This document shows, piece after piece, positions 1-9,699 of a DNA stretch of 46,523 nt. The translations under genes and the position numbers were made by a program. Within the stretch, counting starts at the first letter, position 1. Each line of letters opens with the position of its first letter. The notes below the pieces were generated by a model, which had not been told where the DNA came from, did not search any database, and worked only from the letters and a program-made list of their open reading frames with translations. Source of the stretch: Pelomyxa schiedti (lineage: Eukaryota; Protista; Evosea); assembly GCA_020536535.1 (NCBI GenBank), contig JAHLWZ010000031.1:1-46523 (forward strand). The letters run 5' to 3'.

Positions 1-543
1 ATCTTTTCTTTTTTTTTTTTTTTCTTTCCCAGCTAACTTTTCTCTAGTGTGTGGGCTTGTGGGATTAGTATCTCCAGCTAAGAAAGGCAGTGTATTGTCT
101 GGAATGATTGCTCTCTTTGTTCTCATGGGGTAAGTCGCCTTTTCTAGGTTTTTTAATTTATATCTCCACAGTGCAGTGGCAGGTTACAATACATCACGAA
201 TATACAAAATGATGAAAGGACTCTTGTGGAAACAAGCAGCATTGATGGTTTGAACTTTTACTTACCCCGTTTTTCTTATTCTCGGCAGACTGCCTTCCTA
301 TTTCCGTCTGTAATTTTTGGAGTCTTCATGTTCATTGACTTCCTTATTCTTGGGCAGAAGTCATCTGGGGCAGTTCCCTTTGGTAATCCGGGGCAATTTG
401 ATTGCTATGATTATAACCGTGCATAGTCACATTTATGATAATTATGGCTCTTTGGTTTTGCGTGTCCCTCCCTCTAGTTTTTGCTGGTTCTTTCTACGGC
501 TACAAGAAACCAGCAATAACCGTACCTGTTACAAGGATCAACG
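1..543 (+). CDS. Partial duplicate copy (likely second allele) of the internal exons of the TM9SF gene at 15550-18206; truncated by window start and gap
   Basis: Near-identical to ~17080-17613 including introns. Coding differences are mostly synonymous (CCA/CCG, GGC/GGA, ACT/ACC, TTT/TTC, ATT/ATC), plus one L/F change. Confidence 0.85.
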
Positions 544-643
544 NNNNNNNNNNNNNNNNNNNNNNNNNNNNNNNNNNNNNNNNNNNNNNNNNNNNNNNNN
601 NNNNNNNNNNNNNNNNNNNNNNNNNNNNNNNNNNNNNNNNNNN
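544..643. other. Assembly gap (100 N)
   Basis: Run of N. Confidence 1.
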
Positions 644-1134
644 GATCCAGTCCACCAAGTTCCAAAATTTTTTTGTAAGCATCACCCTTATGTCGTATCA
701 ACACAACAACATCAAGCCCTACCCATCGTTCCTTCTCCACCGAAAACAGGCACCTGCAGGTGCCACACACAGAGCAGTCATGAGTGACTGCTGTGCATCC
801 CTACCCAAGAGTCATGTGTCACAGAAAATGCGCAATACAAAACTCAAAACACATTCTGGGAAATGCCAAAAAAGTGACCTCAAAAAAAAAAAAAGGTGCA
901 AAACCGAAAAATGTGCTGGTCACTTCATGTTTTGCGCAATTTTTTTCGAGTGACCCTTCCCAAGCCACTTTGCATACTCGCTCAGCGCCCTGTTACTGAC
1001 ACAGGAGCCTCAGGATCCAGTCCACCAAGTTCCAAAATTTTTTTGTAAGCATCACCCTTATGTCGTATCAACACAACAACATCAAGCCCTACCCATCGTT
1101 CCTTCTCCACCGAAAACAGGCACCTGCAGGTGCC
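644..1134. repeat. 121-bp direct repeat (644-764 and 1014-1134, offset 370 bp)
   Basis: Identical GATCCAGTCCACCAAG...CAGGCACCTGCAGGTGCC blocks. Confidence 0.95.
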
Positions 1135-1146
1135 TGTTTTCGGTGG
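1107..1146. repeat. Perfect 40-bp palindrome
   Basis: CCACCGAAAACAGGCACCTG|CAGGTGCCTGTTTTCGGTGG with no spacer. Confidence 0.95.
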
Positions 1147-1406
1147 TTGCCTCTTTTTCCTCCTTCTCTTTTTTATTGGTTGTGGTGTGTTTCGCTCCAA
1201 CTTATTTCTGTTTGTTCTGCCTTTAATTACATTTTCCCCCAGGTGTTGGGTTTATGCTGCTGGCACCAGCACTTGCACCTTGATTGGATTATGCTCTTTT
1301 TTATTGTAGTGATGCCCCCGTCACAAAAACAAAAACAGTGTTTGATGTTTGAGTGGTTTTAGGTTGCCTTTGTGTTATGGATGACACTCATTTATGATAC
1401 AGTATG

Positions 1407-4400
1407 TTACACATGTGAGAGTTCATTGAGAATAGCACTGAACTTTGGTCTGTCAGCTGGGCTTCCTGCCCAACACTTTTTCATCAGTGAAAGATACTCA
1501 CTTGGAAAACCAGCTGCCATAGGAATGGAGGTTAGAGGTGATACAATCGGGTAAGTCATACTTGTATTGGGAATATCTGGCCTTGCTCCCTGTGAAACCA
1601 TGTTCACTATCATCAATAGAGGCTTTCCAGCCCATGGGTGTAATCCTGTAAGCATTTCCCATAGAATAATTCCAAAGCTGTACACATCTGCTTGCCAGGA
1701 AAAGTTCGTACTAGAGAGAACCTCCGGAGCGGACCACACTGGTGAACCGCATGGTGTCATGTGTGAATTGGAGTGTGTCGATTTGATCCGGCTTAGACCG
1801 AAATCACTCAGCTTGACTTCATAATTCTTTGTGAGCTAGAGTCGGATCAGTGCGAGTATTACCGGAAATTGTGGTACATACAAGAACATTGAGGGACTTC
1901 AGGTCCCGATGAATGATAGAGGAGGCATGTAAAAAGCTCATGCCTTGGGCAATCCCTTTCGCAATGCTCAGCGATCTGCTGACCTGCAGGGGAAGATTCT
2001 GGCTATGTTCATTGTCCAGAACATCCCGCAAGTTCCCATTTTCAACAAGCTCGGTGACTAGGCACATGTTGGGTTGTTCAATGCAGGCACACATCTTGTT
2101 TTTATGTTAGTTAACTTGATTACCGACGCTGACATACAAATAGAACAATATTTGGGTGCCGTAAGTTTCCCAAGATTGATATCTCTCTTAATTGCAGCCG
2201 GAAATCATTGACATCTATTTGGTTGTCTTGAGAGTAGAAGAATTTGACAGCCACTTCTTGTCCCCGCCATTTTCTTGGCACCATTAGTGAATAAATTACG
2301 GCTAGATAAAAGATGTACCCAATAAAAACTTCACCAAAGCTGCCAGAGCCCAGTTTCTGGTTGCGGTCACATTCAATCTCACGGAATGGGACAATCCATT
2401 GTGGTTTGCTTGATTCTGTGGCTTCAAAGAGGTGGTCATCATTTGATCCACTGCCCTCACTACTGCCCTGCAGTGCTTGTAAGAAACTGTTAGGACTTAT
2501 AAATGGCATACAGGAGCAAGACCACCAGACATAATCCCCTGAAATGTAGAGCCGGAATTGAGGCTTTCCCATTTGCGTGCAGGTAGTAATTTTGTGGAGA
2601 ACTTATTTGGTGTAAGTTATAAATCTTGATGATAACAAGTACCTCATAGACAATTTCACTCGTTGCAATGCCCTTCAGCTGCACTTTACCAAGTTCCAGA
2701 AATTGCCCAAGCTCCTTGATGTCTTCGTTGTCTTTAACTTGAAGGTAGACATCTTGACTGCACAAAATCATTCCTCCTACAGCGATTGCCGAGATTCGCG
2801 CTGCCTATAGTGTTATAAGAAACTAAACAAAAATAAGTTGTTCGACAGAACCTTGTTTACATCGTGTCCTGTATAGTCCATTCGATTAACTACTGGGTTG
2901 ATGCCACAATTTGGTTTCCCTTTTACCCTGTAAGTAAATAGGAACGCCGGAGAAAATTTTCAACCTGTGTGAAGTCCCATTCGAACACGAAGTCCTCTAA
3001 AAACTGGTTGTTTTGTGTCCTCTAAAAAAACCGGTTAGAGGAAGAAAGGATAAGAGGTATTACCTTCTTCAACAATTCCACACTCAATCTTTTTAAGTAG
3101 CTCTGGGTCCCAGGGAGCATCAAGAAGGTTTTTTTGGGCCTTGGCACAAAATGAGAGCGCTTTCTCGGGACAAGGGAATGCCAACATGAAGGAATCACCT
3201 GTCCAAGGTGAAATTCGTACTAGAATCAAATTCTTACCTTCAGTTTTTACTTCATAGCCACCTGCTGCATGGTATGATTCACGAATTGTGGTATTATGCA
3301 ATTCCAAGGCCTCTTTCCTGGAAAAATATTAGCCCCTGATGTTTGCACTGTTGTGTTGCTACATGAGATCACTGTTCCACTCCCAAATTGTAGTTGATTG
3401 CTGTATATCAGTAAATACAATGGTCACTTCCCCAGTGGGAGGGGGTATTTGAGCAAGAGATGCTTCCTTCTACATTTTTCTTAGACAAAATAATGGAGAA
3501 CACATAGAAAAGGTTAACATACAGCAAGATCAGTTTCTAGTGAGTTCATTAGATCGGGCCAGTCTTCAAGTATTTTAGGGAAAGTAGGACGACTGGACGG
3601 TGACTTTTCCCAGCACTTTCTCATTAAGTGAAGTAGAGATTTAGGGGATTTTGAAGGAGCTGCAGGCCGCAAATTTTCGGCCATAATGGCATGTAGAGCG
3701 GCCTGTGCGTCCATATTGTTGTAGGGCTGTTGACGTGTGACTACTTCCCACACAACAATGCCATAGGAATAAATATCGGACGCAGCCGTAAAAGATTCAC
3801 CGTTGAGAACTTCTGGTGCTGTCCATAGCAAAGCTCCAAAGCCACCTTTCTATTCTCTTGTGAGTTAAAGAATCAAGGGTTTGTAAATAACCTGCGCTCT
3901 GAAAGCTCCATCCCCATCGTTTTTTAGAAGAGTAAGGCCAAAATCGCTAACCTGCATAAAATGGGAAAGAGAAAGGGTGGGGAGAGGTCTAACTTTGCAA
4001 TTAAGCTTGCTATCAAGCAGAAGATTATAACTCTTCAAATCTCCATGGAAAATGGGAGGGGAAAACGTGTGCAGGAATGCCATTCCTGTTGCTGCATCGT
4101 GCAATATGGCCAGCTTGGTCGACAACGAGAGAGCAAGAGTTTCATTGTGCAAAACACTTGCTAACGATCCATTGGGCATGAACTCAGTGACTATAAGCAT
4201 ATCCTCTCCACTGAGAGAACATCCAAGCCAAAGGACTGTTCAATATAAGAAACTTAGAGTGGGTGGAATACAAAGTAGACCTATATTTGGGTGCCTCAGA
4301 CGCTTCATTGTTTCTACTTCTTTTTCAAATTGATGGAACGCTTCCTCTGAAATGCTACTGGTGTTTATTTTCTGGTGGTGAAATGAGTTGCAGAAATTGA

Positions 4401-6533
4401 AAGGAACGGCCTACCTTCACTGCTACAGGAGTTGCACGCCACATTGCCCAGTAGACACAAGCAAATGTACCCTTCCCAAGCAAAGGACCCCATACAAGAT
4501 CGTGGGAAGAAACGTGAAATGCATTCTCCCCTTTTTCAATTTCCACTTCCATTATGTGTACTCTCTAATTTCGTTTGTGAGAATGGCTGATTGGAAAGAA
4601 CGCATACTGCTCGGTGAGGTAGGTACCAGCAAAGAAAAGCCAGAACAAAAGCAATTATAAGTATTATGGATAAAGGAATGGCAAGTCCGAGAATCAAGCC
4701 AGTATGACCTTGCAGGGAATAATTTCATAAAAAAGAAAAGGAGGTCAAGGATCATACTGCAAGCATGCGGGCCACACGGGTAGTACTGATTCATAATTTG
4801 TTGTTCCTCTAACGCGGCAGTATGAAGTGCATCTTGTGGGGTCATTTCATCAGTTAGAGCTTTTGAAGGAATGCTCATATGAATTGGTAGTAGTAAATTA
4901 TACTCCGGCAGTCTACATATGTAATGAGTTCACGTTTTCGAAATTGGACTCACCTCCAGAAGTCAGTTGAGAAAGGGAAGTTTGCCGCATATATGGCATT
5001 GGCTTCACTGACTTGTGAGAATTCACTAGTAACAAGAACGTCCTTGCGTGTAGTTAAACCTCCTCGAAGGCCCCATTCCCGTTGTATCTCGTGAGATGAC
5101 AACCAAACTAAAAAGTCTTTGCTGAGTTGCAGATTGCTAGTGGCCTAAGCCATACTGCTTAGTAAAATAGAGAAAAGTAGGCTGCTCACCTTATTTATTC
5201 CAACGCCCATACCACCTATCATTACATCATTCAGTGCTGGAACTCGTGCAAAACCCATATCTGCTGCGTGCAAGCATGCACTTGCACTGTCGCCAATTGG
5301 CCACCACCCAACATACGTTATACCCAGCGCCGCAGTTCCATCACACAGCTTGGATATAACTTCAACATAACTATCAGATGCACAATCAATTCCACAGGAG
5401 CCCTCCCAAAGAAGGTCGCGCGCAAAGGAAAGGGCCTCAGCATTTGTGGGGGTATCTAAAATACCACGAATCTGGTAGTTTGAATCATCCCAGATCTTTC
5501 CGCCCCAGTCCCAGATTAACTGATTGAGTGCTTAAGGGAAATTAGTATAACGTGATTAACAACTCATGCTTACTTGTGGCGAATGCATCATAGCAAGCAA
5601 CAGGGTCCCCACACCATAAAGTTGTGAATCCCTCCTTGGTCGCATTCAGAGAAACCAATGTCTTTGAAGTCTCAAGGATGTCATCCCTTTATCACATTAA
5701 AGTGATAACTTTGGAGGAGTAACTGCACCATGAACCTGGAACCGGGATGCTCCAGGCATCAAATAAATCCTTGCGATAGATAAGCATCAGTGTGTCACCA
5801 AGTAAACCAAAGCCATAGTAGTGGCCTTGCCTTATATTTACAAACTGACCATATGTCCCAATATTATAGAAGTCATCAGCGATAGGCTCCAGCAAATCCG
5901 TAACCTTTGTTAATTGCCATTACTCTCAGTTAGCAAAGGAGAATGGCAAGTAGGCACAACAAGGTACGAAGAAAAAAAAAACCCAAAGTGCGTTTGTACA
6001 ACAGGGATAGCTACTACTACTTGTACACCACAAATTTAGTTAGGTCGTGCACATACATCCACGAGCCATTGCTGTTTGACGAGCTGGCCGATCCACTGAC
6101 TGTCCCACACCAGCAAATCGGGCCCAGCCCCCACCGCAACCCCGTTGGCATAATCACTCGCCCACCATTCCGGCACGCTGTGACACGTCTGCTCGTGTGA
6201 TGGTGTGTGGGTGTGGGTGTGTCCCCCCCCGCGTTAGAAACGATCTAGATACAAACAAGTATCGTAGAAACGGAAGACAATCAATCAGACACAAGGGCGA
6301 ACACGATTTCCCACCAAGAATAGACGACGACAAAAGGGGTGATACGTTACCACGTTGACGGTGCCGCCGTCCCATAAGTCCTTGATCAGCTGGTTCAGAA
6401 TATAGCACCTGGGCCAATCTACCCAGCCCATGGTCAGCTGGCCACTCACAGACACGACTCCCATCATCGTCAAAACGACGACAACCACCACCACCGGCAC
6501 ACCAACACCAACCAACCTCCTTGTTGTTCTCAT
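1407..6533 (-). CDS. Multi-exon single-pass receptor: signal peptide, family-1 extracellular solute-binding domain, TM, TKL kinase, class III adenylyl cyclase, TKL kinase
   Basis: Signal MRTTRRLVGVGVPVVVVVVVLTMMGVVSVSG. SBP motifs GPDLLVWDSQWIGQLV, LIYRKDLF..IPVPGSWDD, WDWGGKIWD, GGMGVGINK. TM GLILGLAIPLSIILIIAFVLAFLCWY. Kinase 1 GKGTFA/VAVK/HGDLKSYN/DFG/WTAPE. Cyclase PTGEVTIVFTDIQQST/VKTEGDSFM/GLRVRMGLHTG/RMDYTGHDVNKAARI. Kinase 2 GSGSFG/HRDLKSLN/DFG/WSAPE. Exons join in frame via GT-AG introns. Confidence 0.9.
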
Positions 6534-6784
6534 ACTATTCTTTTTTGCCGTTGGTGCTGCCTCTAGGGTTTGTTCACCTTTGTTTTGTTTTGGTGTTTGT
6601 GTTTGTAAGGTGAAGCAAAAAATGGATCCGAATCGGCGTCGGGGCCGTTGGTATCGACTGATATGTGCACTTTTTGGGAACATTCACTAACCTCGAACGG
6701 TTGGTGGATCACCGTGTTTTCATGAAATTTAGGTTTTACGCTTTTGTGACTGTCCCACGGTTGGTACGTGACATCAAGCAGTCG

Positions 6785-7402
6785 TTATGAGGATTCGGCA
6801 CACGGTCGGCACATAGGTTTGTTTTCCACGATGTAGAATTCCGCACTCGGGAACACTGTCTTGCACTTGGCGCATTTGAAGCAATTCTTGTGGTAGGATC
6901 CTCCTAGAACCTATTGTTGTATTAGTGAATTTGGATGTTTGGTTTGTCCGGGATTACCTTAATGAAACTTCCACTGAGGGGTTGTCCGCATTCGGTACAG
7001 ATGTTTCCAAGGTGTTGGGCACAGCACTCTTCGGAGCAGTAGATATGGCCGTCTTTGCTGACCATGCGGCCCGAAATGACATTACCTTGCCAAACCGGTA
7101 AGTAGATCATACCGGAAGGTAAAAGGGAAAAGTACCACACTTCACGCAGCAAAGGCAATTTGGATGGTAGAACACCTCTCCGGCAGATACGGCACTGTCA
7201 TAAATGGGCTAAAAGGAGTAAGAAATGAAAGAAAAAACAAGCTCGAAACCTCTTTGCACTTTTCGCAGATATGAGCGGGTACACAATGAGTTCTGTAGCA
7301 GTTCTGGCAGTAGAGATCATCATTGTGTACATAATAGGTTTGGATGTCTCCTTTGCAGATTGCGCACTTCAAACAATCTACGGAAGACATCAGGTGAATT
7401 GA

Positions 7403-7434
<32 letters not shown>

Positions 7435-8807
7435 TGAACTCGATACCAAAATGCAACAAGATACCATTGCAGTCATAGTGCTGACCTGGTGGTTTGTTTT
7501 TTTCGGTTTGTTGGGTTGTAAGAAGAAGAGCAGAAGAACCTTCAATTGTTTTTGAACACCTGCGGCACACTAATCCCTGTTGCGATTCGGAAGACTCTTG
7601 TTCCTGGTGACCTTGTTCTTGCTGGGGTTGAGGTTGTTCCCAAGCTTGGAATTGTTGCAAGGGAGGTTGCTCGAGCCGTTGTTCAGTTTCACGTTCTTGG
7701 AGCAATTGCTGCTCGCGTATTTGTTGTTCGAGCAATTGTTGATCGCGTTGCTGTTGCTCACGCTGTTGTTGATCGCGTTGTTGTTGATCGCGCTGTTGTT
7801 GTTCTCTTTGCTGTTGCTCCCACTCCCTTTGAACACGTAATTGTTGTTCTCTTTGCTGTTGCTCGCGTAGTTGCTGCTCTTTCTGTTGTTGCTCCCGTTG
7901 ATGTTGTTCTCTTTGCTGCTGCTCGGTTGGCTGATGGTCTGCTGGCTGGGCGGATTTCACAGGAGGAGAATTCAAGCTGTGAAATGGTTAGAAGCGCTAA
8001 ATAATACAAAAGTATTACTCATTGAGTAGCTCGTCCAACTCTGTCATAGCATGCTTGACCTCGCCAGTATCTTGTTGTGTCTGGTTAATCATTGTTTCTA
8101 TATCTTTACAGTAGTCCCATCTTTACATATTGGTTGCTAGTATCTTTCCTTATAATTAATAATTAACACTATTTGATATACAGGAGAATCCCTCACCCGA
8201 AGTTGCAGGGGTAGGTGTCTGAGAAACCACCTGCACAGCCGGTTGATGTGAACTAGTACTGCCGGTCGTCACGGGTGCCGCCTTCGCCGTTCCTGTCGCC
8301 GTCGCCGTTGGTTGCACCGCGTTGGTAGTAGTAGCAGGGGGCTTCGTCTCAGTGGCATGTGATGTGCTACTACTAGTAGTAGTGACAGCGGCGGGACTGG
8401 CACGCGTCGGTGTGGAACTGTACGATGATGATGATGACGACGACGACGAGGAGGAGGAGGAGGCACCGGGGCGCGTGGGGGTCGACGCGGGCGTGGTGGT
8501 GGTGGTCTTGGTCACGGGGGTGGCTCCCCGCCCTGGCGTCGTCGTTGTCGACGCGGTCCCACGCCCACGGCCAGCCGTAGTAGCTACTTTCTGTATCCGG
8601 TGGTGAGACGTTGGGTTAGTACCAAGTGTGTGTGAAGGAGGGAGGGAGGGAGGGGGATTTCGGGTACGCACAGGGGTGAAAGGACGACCAGCTCCCGCCC
8701 GGAAGATCGCGCGGTTCAGTCGCTCCTCCTCTGCCTTGAGTCGTGCTTGCTCATCTGTGTGTGTGGTTAGACATAATGCTACACCCGTGTCGGTACATCG
8801 CACCCAT
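6785..8807 (-). CDS. LIM-domain protein (three C-terminal LIM domains, Thr/Ser- and Gln-rich N-terminus; paxillin/zyxin-like)
   Basis: CRRC..CLKCAIC..YCQNC; CEKC..YHPNCLCCVKC..YCSEEC; CTEC..YHKNCFKCAKC..MCRPC. The first coding exon is apparently ATGG alone, followed by an intron (MDEQARLK...). Confidence 0.85.
7690..7925 (-). repeat. Coding Gln-rich degenerate repeat (QQQRE/QQQRD)
   Basis: Repeated CAACAACAGCGAGAT-type units within the LIM gene. Confidence 0.8.
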
Positions 8808-9028
8808 TGTCTCTTCGTGTAGCTAACCGTTGATGTTGTTTTGTTTTTTTGTTTTTTGTTTTCACTTCGGGTTTTTTGTGAAGCCGAGGATTTGAGAGAT
8901 TCAGAAGGACTGAGGTTCAAGTAGAGAGCATCTGGGTTTGGACCTTAAGCACCGCAGAGTCTTTCATTCATAAATGTGCGATTCCTGAGTGCCCATTCGA
9001 TCATTAAGAGCAATAACAAATTAAAGTG

Positions 9029-9661
9029 ATGCACGTGGCTGTATTGATTGTGGTGGTGGCGTGCGCGGCATACGCGAGTAGCGAGGCCCCTCCTTCTCCA
9101 TCCAACAGCGGCGGTGTCGACGTGGTCCCGGCCGCGCTGTACGACTCGGCCATCGCGCAGCACCCCAAGGCTGTGTGGCTGGTCCTGTTCTCCGACTCGC
9201 GCGTACCCCTCAGCCCCTCCGAGTCCCGCGCCCTCGCCGCCCTCGCCGACGTGAGCCGCGTCCTCAACAAGCACATCTGCTCGGGCATGCTCTCCATCGC
9301 CCACGTCGACTGCGCCCCCCCCGCCGCGTCCCCCTCGGACGGCGCCAGCATCGTCGGCAGCGCAGCGGGGTGCGACACGTGGCAGTACCACCACGAGCGC
9401 AGCAGCCGAGACCCCGAGTACGAGGTGCCGCCGACCGCAGAGATCGTCGTCGGCGGCATGCCCGCCACGCTGGGCACATCGGGCCGAGCCCGCTACACAC
9501 GGACCGGGGACTGGATCACCCTAGTGCAGGCCGAGATGGCGGGGCCAGGGCAGGTACCGCGGGGGCACGGGCCAGCGCCGCCGCGGCCCCCGCCCCCACC
9601 CGATCAGGCAACAGCGCCAGAACAGCAGCAGGGCGAAAGGCAACCAAAGTCCGAATTATAA
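9029..9661 (+). CDS. Intronless secretory-pathway protein with a degenerate thioredoxin/PDI-like domain and C-terminal KSEL
   Basis: Signal peptide MHVAVLIVVVACAAYA. VWLVLF...IAHVDC resembles PDI a-domain WLVEF...VAKVDC but has no CXXC. Ends KSEL*. GC-rich codon usage. Confidence 0.6.
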   Translation: MHVAVLIVVVACAAYASSEAPPSPSNSGGVDVVPAALYDSAIAQHPKAVWLVLFSDSRVPLSPSESRALAALADVSRVLNKHICSGMLSIAHVDCAPPAASPSDGASIVGSAAGCDTWQYHHERSSRDPEYEVPPTAEIVVGGMPATLGTSGRARYTRTGDWITLVQAEMAGPGQVPRGHGPAPPRPPPPPDQATAPEQQQGERQPKSEL

Positions 9662-9699
9662 CACCATTTTCCGGGTCTTTTTTTGGCCATCAGGATTGG

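Noticed and set aside
982-1200. 72-aa minus-strand ORF across the palindrome
   Set aside because: Non-ATG start, no recognisable motif, and it lies in a possibly chimeric repeat.
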